From positions 1,614,001-1,678,000 of the forward strand of contig CM075999.1 of the NCBI GenBank assembly GCA_038087875.1: a DNA stretch of 64,000 nt, given 5' to 3'. The first letter of the stretch is position 1, and each line of letters starts with the position of its first letter. The notes beneath the pieces were generated by a model, which made no database searches, was not told the origin of the DNA, and was given only the letters and a program-made list of their open reading frames with translations. The position numbers were made by a program, and so were the translations under genes. Shown here one piece after another: positions 1 through 11,620 of this stretch. The stretch is from Malacoraja senta (lineage: Eukaryota).

Positions 1-264
1 TGCTACCTGACCTGCTGAGTTACTCCAGCACTTTGTGTCTTTTTTTGTAAACCAGCATCTGCAGTTCACAACTAATTTCAGTGGGCTGGTTTTGATCGCT
101 GATAATCTTTTTGGGAAATGCAAGATATTGCTGCCATTTTGACCTGAATATTGTAGGTTTAGGAGACTATCCCAGAGGTCATGAACACAAAGGCCAAGGA
201 AAATCAAGGTTCTGATGAACGATCATCAACATGAAATGTTAAGTCCAGATGCTGCCTGTCCGAG

Positions 265-1345
265 AGTCATAGTCATACAGCGTGGAAACAGGCCCTTCAG
301 CTCAATTTGTCCACACTGGCCAACCTGCCTGCATTTCGCCCATTTCCCTCTAAACCTGTCCTATCCACGTAACTGTTTAATTGTTTCTTAAACGTTGTGA
401 TAGTCGGTGCCTCGACTACCTCCTCTGGTAGCACCCACCACCCTTGTGTGAAAAAGTTAAGGGCCTGTCCCACTTGGGCAACCTAATCCGCGAGTTCTGG
501 CAAGTTTGCCCTCGACTCATACTCGCAGCATGGTCGACACGAGGTTGTAGGAGGTCTTCGTTACTCTCCTTCATGCTCGAGAGTGGTCTCCGCGTATTCG
601 GGGCCTCAGCTAGGTCGCGGCATTTTTTTCCAGATGTTAAAAAATGCCCGCGAGTAAAAAAAGGTCGCCATGGAAAAAATCTATACTTTTTTTACTTGTA
701 GGTTTAGTCGTAGTAGGTCGTAGTAGGTTGGCATGTTAGTCGTAGGTAATCGAGGGTAGTCGAAGGTAGTCGAAGGTAGTCGTAGATAGTCTTCATCATA
801 GTCGAAGAGAGGTCGAAGGGAGGTCAAAGGAGATCGAAGGAGGTCGTCTTCACGCTCCACTATTCAGTGTCCAATTTTCCTGAAGTTAGTCGTAGCTAGT
901 CGTAGCTAGTCGAAGCTCGTCTTCTACATAGTCGAAGGAGGTCTTCAACATGTCATTTTTTCAAACTCTTCTAAACTCGCCAATTAGGTTGGCCAAGTGG
1001 GACAGCCCCTTTACCCATCACCTTTCCCCTTCATCTTAAACCTGTCCTCTGGTCCTCGATTACTCTACTCTGGGCAAGAGACTGTGCGTCTACTCGATCT
1101 ATTCCTCTCATTATTTTATACACCTCTATATGATCAACCCTCATCCTCCAAGAGTCCCTGCCTACTCAACCTCTCCCTATAGCTCAGACCCTCGGGTTCT
1201 GGCAACATCCTCGTAAATCTTCTCTGTAGCCTTTCCAGCTTGATAATATTTTTCATTTAACATGGTGCCCAGAACTGAACACAATACTCTAAATGTGGCC
1301 TCACCAACATCTTTTATCAGCATGTTCTATTTTATTTCAGATTTA
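265..1345 (-). mobile_element. CR1/HER1-type LINE 3' fragment, interrupted by a MITE at 460-1010
   Basis: Reverse complement of the CR1 3' end seen throughout the window (ggaaacaggcccttc..., cctcaactacctcctctggcagc, gtgtgaaaaagttaccc); closely similar to 24235-24750. Confidence 0.75.
460..1010. mobile_element. PIF/Harbinger-type non-autonomous DNA transposon (MITE)
   Basis: TIRs AGGGCCTGTCCCACTTGGGCAACCTAAT / ATTAGGTTGGCCAAGTGGGACAGCCCCT; TTA TSD at 457-459 and 1011-1013. Removal restores the host LINE sequence aaaaagTTAccc. Internal GTAGTCG-type short repeats at about 700-930. Confidence 0.88.
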
Positions 1346-2084
1346 CAGCATCTGCAGTATTTTACTTTTATTAGCTGTTGCGGGAGAGGTGCAACAGCGA
1401 CCTTGAAGTTGCACAATGCCTTGTTTTGACTTGAAGACAGCACCTATCAACCACTCCCTATGCTTGCTCGCTGTTTATATAACTTGCCAAAATACAATTG
1501 CTATTGTTGCTTTGCACTACTGTGTCAAGGAGGGTTGGATATTGCAAATGAACTGCAGCGGCGGTTATTTCAGAAAGCAAGACAAGGTTAAGGTAACAGG
1601 CAAATTATTTATTTGGACTTGTTCTTTGTAAATATTATTTCCATTCCATTTGTATTTGCGTCTGACTCACCACTTTTAGCTTTACAATGGGTTGTAAATT
1701 ATAGGTGGAGGTGACCTTTGTACAGCCCAGATCACTTTACCTTTCTTGTTAAAGTCTAATCACTAGTTGTTTGCTGTTGCTAGTTTTAGTTTGGGTCTCT
1801 ACCTGCTCCTCTCCACTGCGCTCCCTCCATTTTATGCCGCCAGTCCTTTGCAACAACGTCGGGTTGCAAGGAGGTCATTGACCTGAAGCAATACATACTG
1901 ATCTTCTCCCCACAGATGCTGACTGACTGCAGGACATTACAACTGCTTGCGATTATTGTGGTAATATTGGCCTTCAAGGTTGCCAAGATGGCGCCCAAGT
2001 TAAGAGATTCTCTGCGTGCTGGTCCCGGAAGTGGATCACTTATAAACCATCTACTCCAACAGGAGCATTGCCCTTAACCTGTGT

Positions 2085-2220
2085 CTGTACACTGTGGACG
2101 GCTCGATTGTAATCATGTATAGTCTTTCTACCGACTGGATAGCGAGCAACAAAAAAGCTTTTCACTGTACCTCGGTACACGGGCCAAAACCTAAACTAAA
2201 CTAAACTAAACTAAACTTAA
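2085..2220 (+). mobile_element. Rex1/Babar-type LINE 3' tail
   Basis: ggctcgattgtaatcatgta...aaaagcttttcactgtacctcggtacacg plus (CTAAA)n tail; the same tail is attached to a Rex1-like ORF end at 27983-28425. Confidence 0.6.
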
Positions 2221-2235
2221 GTAATGTGGTAAAAA

Positions 2236-2773
2236 TAGGGTTGCCAACTTTCTCACTCCTAAATAAGGGACAAAAGGACAAAATACGGGACAAATACCCG
2301 ATCGGTAATTCGCTGACTGACTGGGTGAATGATGAGTTGGCCCGGGTGCTGGACTGCGCACAAAGCCCAGCCGCCGGGCCTGCGCGACGTCGCGCGCAAA
2401 GTCTGGCGCCCGGGCCAAAACGTCTCAGATGGCTCGCCGGCTGGGCTTTGTGTTCTGTTGCAGGCAAAGTCCAGCACCCCATCCAACTCATGAAATGAAG
2501 ATCGGCCATGAGAAGGAGGGCTGGTGGTGTCGGCGGTAAGCGAAGTTCCAAAGGTCGGACAGCTGGCCGGGCAGCCGACCGACGGGGCCACGGGCGAGGC
2601 GCTGCTGCTGCTGCACTCCATGGGTTGCACCACGTCGAGACGGGTGAGGCGGGGCCGGACGCGGCACTCCGACCCGACTATCCCCTCGACCCGAGTAGTA
2701 GCAGTCAAATACGGGACCAATTTAGCCCAATATACGGGATGTCCCGGCTAATACGGGACAGTTGGCAACCCTA
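2236..2773. mobile_element. hAT-superfamily non-autonomous transposon (Blackjack-like termini)
   Basis: Perfect TIR TAGGGTTGCCAAC / GTTGGCAACCCTA; 8-bp TSD GGTAAAAA at 2228-2235 and 2774-2781; repeated subterminal ATACGGGAC motifs; CpG-rich interior. Confidence 0.9.
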
Positions 2774-3244
2774 GGTAAAAAAGACCCACACAGGTGTGTT
2801 ATCAAACAAAATTTGACCTTGAGCTAAATTACAAAATATTCAGAAATGCAAGCCTGGTGAAAGAGGCAGATTAAAAGAAAGAAAGTTGTTTAATTGTGGG
2901 AAGGGATGGCTGAATTTTGAGCTTTGTTCACCAAGGAACTATTGATTAATATGCAGTGACTAAAACTGGGCCAAGTTGAGTGGGCTGGAAGGGGTATGCA
3001 AGATTAATGATGATCACAGGGCGATTTGAAGATTAATAGGAATATATTTAATTGGGGATTTGCTCAACCAGTATCTAATGCAGTAAGCACAGGAATGATT
3101 AGTCAACAGGACAAGTTGGGATAAGAGCAGAGAGTTTTGAATAATTTTTAGGGCGGTGGAGATTAGAATTCTGCTGGGAGTGCATTGGAATGATTAACTC
3201 TTGAGATAACATTGAATGCAGCCTAGTTCAGGCAACACAAAGTA

Positions 3245-3372
3245 CTGAGGAAGGGTCTCGACCCGAAACGTCACCCATTCCTTCTCTCCAGAGATGCAGC
3301 CTGTCCCGCTGAGTTACTCCAGCTTTTTGTGTCTTCCTTCAGTTTAAACCAGCATCTGCACTTCCCTCTAAC
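3245..3372 (+). mobile_element. Penelope-like element 3' end/pLTR with hammerhead-like motif
   Basis: CTGAGGA-AGGGTCTCGACCC-GAAACGTC followed by the family 3' sequence ...gctgagttactccagc...ccagcatctgca; the same family follows GIY-YIG ORF ends at 23215 and 61551. Confidence 0.75.
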
Positions 3373-3434
3373 GCATAGTACTGTGAATCGGTCTTTCTAT
3401 GTATTATGAAAAGGGCATGGAGAGAACAAAATCA

Positions 3435-3750
3435 GTGGTGCAGCCAGCGGTAGAGTTGCTGCCTTACAGCGCTTACAGCGCCAGAGACCCGGGTTCGATC
3501 CCAACTATGGATGTTGGCTGTACGGAGTTTGTACGTTTCTCCCCGTGACTGTGTGGGTTTTCTCTGAGATCTTCGGTTTTCTCCCACACTCCAAACACAT
3601 ACAAGTTTGTAGGTTAATTGGCTTGATATAAATGTAAAATGATCCCCAGTGCATGTAAAATAGTGTTAATGTGTAGGGATCGCTGGTCGGTGCGAACCCG
3701 GTGAAACGAAGGACCTGTTTCTGCGCTGTATCTCTAAAACCAAACTAAAT
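3435..3750 (+). mobile_element. tRNA-derived V-SINE (HE1-like)
   Basis: tRNA-like head with B box GGTTCGATCC, V-domain (ggagtttgtacgtttctccccgtg...ctcccacactccaaa), CR1-derived tail cctgtttctgcgctgtatctctaaa. Confidence 0.85.
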
Positions 3751-4066
3751 CAATGCAATCACAGTTCACAATTGCGATGCTTGGTCAGGCAGCATCTCCA
3801 AAGAAATGGAATAGGTGACGTTTTGGGTCGATACCCTTCTACATACCTATTGTGGATAGGTGATGTTTCAGACTGAAGAAGGTTCCCGACCAGAAAAATC
3901 ACCTATCCATATTCTTCAGAGATGCTGATTTACTGCAGCACTTGGTGTCCTTTTAAGTGATAGGTGGATACAAGTTAGGGGTGTGGTGGGTTTGGTGGTT
4001 GTCTGAATGATCTCCACTGTGTATTCTGTGTGATGCTATGAAAAGCTAAATTCGTTTCACTGCCAT

Positions 4067-4378
4067 TTAGTTCAGTTTAGAGATACAGCACGGAAACGGG
4101 CCCTTCAAGCAACCGAGTCCGCGCCGGCCCGCAATCCCTGCACATTAACACGACCCTACACACACTGGGGACAATTTTACATTCATACCGAGCCAATTAA
4201 CCTACAAACCTGTACGCCTTTGGAGTGTGGGAGGAAATCGAAGATCTCGGAGAAAAGCCTCGCAGGTCACGGGGAGAACGTACAAGCTTCGTACAGACAA
4301 GCACCCATAGTCAGGATTGAACCCGGGTCTCTGGTGCTGTAAGGCAGCAACTCTACCGCTACGCCACCGTACCGCCCT
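4067..4378 (-). mobile_element. tRNA-derived V-SINE (HE1-like)
   Basis: Full reverse-complement copy: tail, V-domain and head. Confidence 0.85.
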
Positions 4379-4959
4379 ATTGTAGGACATTAATTGTAGG
4401 GAATTATTTACAGCCCTATCATTGCGTGAGGCACCTTGATCTAGAGCAAAGTATATGCAAATATTACAATCTCTGAACTATTTATGGCTCAGTAGTTAAT
4501 AGAGAGATTAGAGTTCTAGATTTAAGAGATTTTTATGAGTTACAAAGAAACCTTTAGGAGGAAGGATGGCTAATTTTAAATGGGGTTTCCAATTTTACGT
4601 TGAGGCATGTAAGATATAACCCAAGGCACCATGGTTGTAGTCTCAAGGCAACAACAAAAACAAATAAATGGCCAGAAATTATTTTTAATAATGTGCCTGG
4701 ATCTGATGGAACGGAAGGTTAAGCAGAGAATGGGGTTGAGAGGGAAAGATAGATCATTCCAGGATTGAATGGTGGAGTAGACTCGATGGGCCGAATGGCC
4801 TCATTCTGCTCCTATGACTTCTGAACCAGGTTTCGTCTAAGAGCCATCACTGCAAATCTCCTCATACATTTAACTTTCTATTTTTCAAGCAGCCATCTCA
4901 CTTCCTTTTACCTTTTGATGAAGAGGGAAAGGCCTTGAATCTATAAAGGGCCATTAACA

Positions 4960-5455
4960 GGGCGACACAGTGGTGCAGCGGTAGAGTTGATGCCTGACAG
5001 CAACCCCAGGTCCCTGGGTTCGATCCTGACTACGGGTGCTGTCTGTATGGAGTTTGTACGTTCTCCCTGTAAACCCGTGAGTTTTCTCCGGGTGCTCCCG
5101 TTTCCTCCCACACTCCAAAGATGTGCAGGTTTGTAAGTTAATTTGCTTCGATAAAATTGTAAAATTTGTCCCTGGTGTGTAGGATAGTGTTAGAAAAAGA
5201 ACTGCAGATGCTGGAAAAATCGAAGGTGGATAAAAATGCTGGAGAAACTCAGCGGGTCAGGCGGCATCTATGGAGCGAAGGAATAGGTGGCGTCCTTCGC
5301 TCCATAGATGCTGCCTCACCCGCTGAGTTTCACCAGCATTTTTATCTACCTAGGATAGTGTTAGTGTATGGGGGGGATCGCTGGTTGGCACAGACTCGGT
5401 GGGGCAAAGGGCCTGTTTCCGCGCTGTATCTCAAAACTAAACTAAACTAAACTAA
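4960..5455 (+). mobile_element. V-SINE containing a fold-back Penelope-like insert (5194-5350)
   Basis: SINE head, V-domain and tail; the insert is flanked by 14-bp TSD TAGGATAGTGTTAG (5180-5193, 5351-5364). Confidence 0.85.
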
Positions 5456-6498
5456 TGATTAATTTGAAACTACAAATGTAGATGGCGAGTGAGAGGGATA
5501 CTTGAAACTTCAAACCAGGTGGTGGAGCATTGGATGGAGTATTAATTGTCTGATGGTTCTATAGGTGTTGATCCCAGCGATGAAGAAGGTTGTAATATTT
5601 TGGTATAGTTGGTTGGTGAAGGAGAACATTCAAGAAATGGACTCTTGCAGACAAGAATTTATTTTGAGGTCAATATCCTTTTCCCTTTTGATGTTGACAT
5701 CCCTTCTATGGTTAGCATTTATTATCTATCATTAATTGCCCTGAGAAGATATGGTGTAGTTGAAAGGCCAGTTGAATGATCAGGTAAAATTCAAACACTT
5801 TAGTTTAGTTTTTTAAATAGTTTCGGAGATACAGGGCGGAACACATACCCTTCGGCCCACCGAGTCCGCACCGACCAGCAACATTTCAGGGCGGAATTTC
5901 CATGATTTAGGGTCTACAAAGATGAAAACATCTGGGAAGTATTAAAATTGTTGACATATAAATTGAATTAGAAACACACAGAATAGTCAGACTGTTGGAA
6001 GAGATTGTGAAGGTAAGATCGGGCAAGACGGTGGAGAGGATTTGAAAACCAGGATGTGAACTATTGAATGGAAGCTAACGCAAGTGCATTCCCTCCCCTG
6101 GATAATCCCTGAAGGTGTTTTTCGCTCTTTGCAACATACAGTAATACCATTCCAACTGCGGGATCAATTTCTTCGTGTAGGCTTGTGACATGAAAGGGAA
6201 AGGTAACAAGTTAATTCATCGGCGGAATGCATCATGTACACAATGAAAATGCCTGATGTGAAGGGGTGCTCGAGACGTGACTAAATGTCCTTTGTTCCAG
6301 ATTCCTAGTCCAAACACATTCCTCGTACGACAATGTGCTTCTTGTTAGCACTTAATTAGTTTTACCTAAAACCCAACAAAAAAACAAAGAAAAAAACATT
6401 CACCTCTTCACAATCTCATTATCATGTGTTAAACAAAAAATCTAGTCAATGAGGGGAAAAAAAGACACAGAGTACAGGAGTAACTCAGCGGGTTATGC

Positions 6499-7080
6499 AA
6501 CACCTCATATTTCGCTTGGGCAGCTTACAACCCAGTGGTATGAATTTTGATTTCTCTAACTTCAAGTAACCCTTGCTTTCCCTCTCACCCCACCTTAGTT
6601 CTTAGGTAGACAAAATTGCTGGAGAAACCCTTCTTCAGACCCGAAGAAGGCAACGTTTCGGCCCGAAACATTGCCTATTTCCTTCGCTCCATAGATGCTG
6701 CCATACCCGCTTAGTTTCTCCAACAATTTTGCCTACCTTCGATTTTCCAGCATCTGCAGTTCCTTCTTGAGCACCTTAGGTCTTAGACTAGTTTCACTGT
6801 CCTCCTGATTAATTTTACTGCTTGTATGCCTCGTTGTCAACTTCCCCTCAGCCAACAATGAACCATTCTACATTTCCTTGATCCATCGTGTGCTATGATC
6901 TGTCGATTTCTCAACATACATTCTCTTTGCACCCTTCCATATCTCCAGTATCCCTCTCCCCTGAATCTCAGCCTGAAGAAGGGTCTCGACCTGAAACGTC
7001 ACCCATTCCTTCTCTCCAGAGACGCTGCATGTCCCGCTGAGTTACTCCAGCATTTTGTGTTTATCTACGGGTTATACAGC
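6499..7080 (+). mobile_element. Penelope-like element 3' fragment (GIY-YIG C-terminus, 3'UTR, pLTR) with nested fold-back insert at about 6605-6775
   Basis: Translates QHLIFRLGSLQPSGMNFDFSNFK*; hammerhead-like motif at 6973-7000. Confidence 0.75.
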
Positions 7081-7261
7081 ATCTCATTTTGGGTGGGGAT
7101 TCTTCTTCAGACTGATTGCAGTGGGGGGAGGAAGCTGGAGAACAGGCGGGGGCTGGACAAAGTCTGGCAAGTGATAGATGGATACAGGTGAGGGGAGTTT
7201 TTGATTGGCAGGAGGTTAAGAAAATGGCATTTATTATTATCAGGAGAGCTGATTCCTATAA

Positions 7262-7388
7262 AAACCAGCTCCGTTTATTGTCACGTGTACCGAGGTACAG
7301 TGAAAACCTTTTGTTGCGTCCTAACCAGTCAGCAAAAAGACAAGACACAATTACAATCGAGCCATATAGAGTGTATAGATACAGTATT
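7262..7388 (-). mobile_element. Rex1/Babar-type LINE 3' tail
   Basis: tttattgtcacgtgtaccgaggtacagtgaaaa... is the reverse complement of the tail. Confidence 0.6.
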
Positions 7389-7465
7389 AGTAGACCCCAC
7401 TATTTTGTCTAGTTATATTAATTAAGGAACCTCATGACTTCAGGCAAAATCAAGTCTTCAATGAG

Positions 7466-8256
7466 CCCACTTGGGCGACCTAATCCATGAGTTAAGAAGA
7501 GTGTCTTCGACCTTCAAGCTCGAGGGCACTCGCCTGGAAAACCTCGAGCTGGATCGACCCTCCGCGTTGAAACCGCGAGCTGGATCGACCGACCGTACAC
7601 ACACACATCGCGAAGGCGGGGGCCAGGGAAAGCGGGGGAGCGCTGTCTGCACGATGAAGAGGAAGGTAAACGGCTGCCACAGTGTACAGTAAGTCCTTTA
7701 GGGAGTGCGGAGGGGGTGGGGGGGGGAGAGAAGGGGAGAGACGGGGAGAGAGGGGGAGAGAAGGAGAGAGAAGGGGAGAAAAGGGGGGGGGGAGAAGGGG
7801 AGAGAAGGGGAGAGAAGAGGGAGGAGAAGGGGGGAGAAGGAGTGAAGACACTTTTAAGAAGTATAATAAAGTTTAGCGGGCATTTAACCTACCGGTAGGT
7901 TTTCCTTGGTCTTGAAAACTCCAATGAGCCAATTAAAATGCCCGGTCAGCGAAGGAGATTGCCTACGGCTGCCCTCGACTGCCTGTAACTAAATAGCGAC
8001 CCCACTCCACTGCACTACGAGTCAAAAAGAACCATGCCGACCAAATTTTAATCGCGGAGAATTTTTCAACATGCTGAAAAATTTCCCGCGACCTAGCTGA
8101 GGCCACGAGTATTCTGGAACTTCCCTCGAGCATGAAGGAGAGTTCCAGCGACCTCATAGGACCTCCTAGGACCACGTGTCGACCACGCTGCGAGTTTGAA
8201 GGTCGAAGACACTCTTCTAAACTCGCAGATTAGGTCGCCCAAGTGGGACAGACCCT
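7466..8256. mobile_element. PIF/Harbinger-type MITE, related to 460-1010 in opposite orientation; left TIR truncated
   Basis: Right TIR ATTAGGTCGCCCAAGTGGGACAGACCCT followed by TTA; left CCCACTTGGGCGACCTAAT; 8060-8195 is the reverse complement of 520-645; purine-rich tract at 7710-7845. Confidence 0.8.
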
Positions 8257-9196
8257 TTAGATTGCAATTGTGATTCCTTATCTGCCCACTCACTCTGGTT
8301 TTACCACATAGTTGGCAATTACAATCTGTTATGTGCGACGGTTGTGTGGATTATATTGTAATTGTTGAATGAGAAACCATTGAGTGAGGAGGGAAAGTTG
8401 GCAGATTGAACTAAGCTGAAGCATTTGTTCTTGGCAACATCCATTCATGGGCCTGTTGGTCTGAATGTGTAGGAAGGAACTGCAGATGCTGGTTTACACC
8501 GCACAAAATACTGGAGGAACTCAGCGGGACAGGCAGCATCTCCAGATGGAAGGAATGGGTGACGTTTTGGGTCGAGACCCTTCTTCAAACTGAAATCAGG
8601 TTAAGTCTTCTACGTTCAATCAAATGGGAATATTATTAAAATTCAATAGCCACCGAGTCCTAAAAATACCACAGAAAAACTGTCATGATAATTTGTTCCA
8701 TCAATATGTGGCACCTCTGGAACCTCCTCAAGCACGTTACCCCTCCCAAATATTGACAGATATTAATTCTGCTCCATAAAAACCATCTCCAGTCAGATGA
8801 TTGGTAATCATTGCCAGAGAACCATTTTTCCATATATAACCTGTCTGAACTCAATTAGATTACTGTAGAATAATCACTTCCAGGCATTCTTTGTACTTCA
8901 AAAAAATCATCAAATTACATGAAAATGGGTCTCTGCTCATTTTGATCATGTTTAGAGCCGTTCCCAAGAGGATAAGAAATCCATGATTGCAGAAGGAAAA
9001 ATATGAAACATTAGCATCGACTTAAAGCTTTAAAATCACGACTTTGTACATCGATTCTGCATCGCAGAATGCCCAGGATAAGGCTGAAGAAAAATCAATA
9101 AAACTAAATCAATTCTGTTCATCAGAAGATTGATGATGAATAAGATAGATTCATTGAAGTTAACAACACAGAATGAAGAGCCATAAGGCCCATCAT

Positions 9197-9375
9197 GCTA
9201 TATTTAAGAGGGAGTTAGATGTGGCCCTTGTGGCTAAAGGGATCAGGGGGTATGGAGAGAAGGCAGGTACGGGATACTGAGTTGGATGATCAGCCATGAT
9301 CATATTGAATGGCGGTGCAGGCCCGAAGGGCCGAATGGCCTACTCCTGCACCTATTTTCTATGTTTCTATGTATC
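9197..9375 (+). mobile_element. CR1-type LINE 3' tail
   Basis: gagttagatgtggcccttgtggctaaagggatcagggggtatggagagaagg...tttctatgtttctat. Confidence 0.8.
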
Positions 9376-9409
9376 TATGCCCCTGTCAGCCTTTTGAAGC
9401 TATTTGACT

Positions 9410-9885
9410 TTAGTTTAGTTTTAGGTTAGAGATACAGCATGGAAAGAGGCCCTTCGGCCAACCGAACCTGTACACTAGTTCTATGTTATCCCAGTTTTGC
9501 ATCTTTCACACTAGGGGCAATTTATAGAAGCCATTTAACCTACAAACCTGCACGTCTTTGGAGTGTGGGAGGAAACCGGAGCACCCGGAGAAAACCCACG
9601 TGGTCACAGGGACAATGTATAAGGAATGTAGGAAGGAGCTGCAGATGCTGGTTTACACTGAAGACCGACGCCAAATGCTGGAATGACGCAGCGGGACTCA
9701 GTCTTGAGCCGTAATGTCACCCATTCCTTCTATCCAGAGATGCTGCCTGTCCCGTTGAGAGGCTCCACCATTTTGTGTCTATCTCCGGGAGAACGTACAA
9801 ACTCGGTACAGACAGCACCCATGGTCAGGATCGAATCCGGGACTCTGGCGCTGTAAGGCAGCAACTCTACCGCTGCGCCACTGTT
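9410..9885 (-). mobile_element. V-SINE with nested PLE-derived insert at about 9625-9785
   Basis: Reverse tail and V-domain, interrupted, resuming at ggagaacgtacaaactc...gcagcaactctaccgctgcgccac. Confidence 0.75.
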
Positions 9886-10662
9886 CCGCATAATTTCTAA
9901 CGCCCGACTAATCCCCAGTGGGTTTGACACCATTAGGACAACCAACATTGTACGCCTCAATGGAAAATGGATGCTGCATGCAAAGAAACAAGAGAACATC
10001 ACCGTTGCCAGTGAAAGTGCGCAGATTTGCTCGCGTGCAGGAAGATCACATCGAATGAAGTGATCTCATTAAAAAACACAGGCTGCCGTGGTATTTGAAA
10101 AATGATTTCGTGCCATTATACTATATACCAGAAAAGAATTTCAAACCCACAGAAAAACATTCAGTGCTTGATGAAAGAATGCACTCAGTCTATCAAATAT
10201 TGATTAATGGCAGAATTTTTGTTGGCACCGAGTTTTGTGTTCCGAATATTGTATAGCTGACTGGTAGGATTAGTCGGAGGATTAGCTCTCACGTGTACTG
10301 TGTTTTCCTAATTCATGCATGGATTGAGAAAGCAGCAGTGATCTGTGTGTGGAACCATACAGGTTCTTCATCATAACATGAGCTTGTTAACACATGTGGG
10401 TTATATTCCTGGCATTTAAAGCTGCAGAATATTCCATTCCTGGCTGGAAATAAAAGGAATTTGCTCCACTGAAAATTAGTTAATCACAAACCGTTTGTGA
10501 GAAAATAGAATAAAAAATGGTAAGTCATAATTAATTTCCCATTCAAATGTTTGGTGGAAAATTCATAGATTCCAATGCTTAAATAGTTTTGTAAGATATT
10601 TATAGAGAGAGTGAAGGAGGAGGAAAGAATAATAAAACCTGAAGGACATGGGTTTGTTATAT

Positions 10663-10950
10663 GGGCGGCACGGTGGAGCAGCGGTAGAGTTGCTGCCTTA
10701 CAGCACCAGAGACCTGGGTTCGATCCTGACTATGGGTGCTGTCTGTATGGAGTTTGTACATTCTCCACGTGGCCTGCGTGGGTTTTCTCCGGTTTACTCC
10801 CACACTCCAAAGACGTACAGTTTTGTCAGCTAATTGGCTTGGTAAAATTGTAAATTGTCCCTCGTGCGTGTAGGATAATGTTGGTGTGCAGGGATCGCTG
10901 GTCAGCACGGACTCAGTGGGCCGAAGGGCCTGTTTCCGCGCTGTATCTTT
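10663..10950 (+). mobile_element. V-SINE (HE1-like)
   Basis: gggcggcacggtggagcagcggtagag head, B box, V-domain, CR1 tail. Confidence 0.85.
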
Positions 10951-11494
10951 AAAGTACACTCAACTAGGGCCAAGACACATCGGAAGGGAGGCAAGGGCAA
11001 CTAAAAAAAGGATAAAGTGTAAAAGGGAAGCCAATGAAAAAGAAGAAAGAGAGACAGCTGTTGAGAAAGGAGGAATGAAGGAAAGAGAATGAGAACAGCA
11101 GTGAGTGAGAATGGAAAAACAATTGACTGACTAATGGAAAAAATAGATAACTTTGTTTATAAGATAAAAGATAACTCCATATATCTGGGGACACAAGGAA
11201 ATGCTGGATTCATGAGCAAAACACAAAGCGCTGGAGGAAGGTTCCAATCTGAAACATCGCCTGTCCATTCCCTCCACATACACTGCCTGTCCCAGCAAGT
11301 CATAAGAGTCAAGTCAAATCAAATTTATTGTCACAAGACCAGTGAGGTACATACGGGTTCAATGATAATCATCACTGGCACATAAACTCAGGCAACATAA
11401 CAACAAATGTAAATTCTACAAGACAGTGAAAAGAAATAGCTTGTGCAAAACAGAATTGATAAACAAGTCCTTGGTAAAGCAAGAAATGATCTGT

Positions 11495-11620
11495 GTTTAA
11501 GAAGGAACTGCAGATGCTGGAAAATCGAAGGTAGACAAAAATGCTGGAGAAACTCAGCGGGTGAGGCAGCATCTATGGAGCGAAGGAAATAGGCGACGTT
11601 TCGGGTCGAGACCCTTCTTC
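11495..11620 (-). mobile_element. Short Penelope-like pLTR insertion
   Basis: TSD ATGATCTGT at 11486-11494 and 11621-11629; the 5' end lies at the hammerhead-like core. Confidence 0.75.

Noticed and set aside
700..940. CRISPR-like or functional short-repeat array (GTAGTCG/GAAGG)
   Set aside because: Irregular short repeats without unique spacers, lying inside a TIR/TSD-bounded MITE in eukaryotic DNA.
2201..2774. Overlapping GC-rich ORFs as a host gene or transposase
   Set aside because: ORFs occur in many frames because of GC richness, show no recognisable domain, and lie within a 538-bp non-autonomous hAT.
7492..7898. Pro/Ser- or Gly/Glu/Arg-rich ORFs
   Set aside because: Translations of a low-complexity purine tract inside a MITE.
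8660..8860. Possible host exon on the minus strand
   Set aside because: No recognisable protein similarity, weak splice signals and no partner exons; RNA-seq or tblastx would be needed.
10663..10745. tRNA gene (A and B boxes present)
   Set aside because: It runs directly into the V-domain and CR1 tail and recurs in more than 20 diverged copies; these are SINE heads, not tRNA genes.
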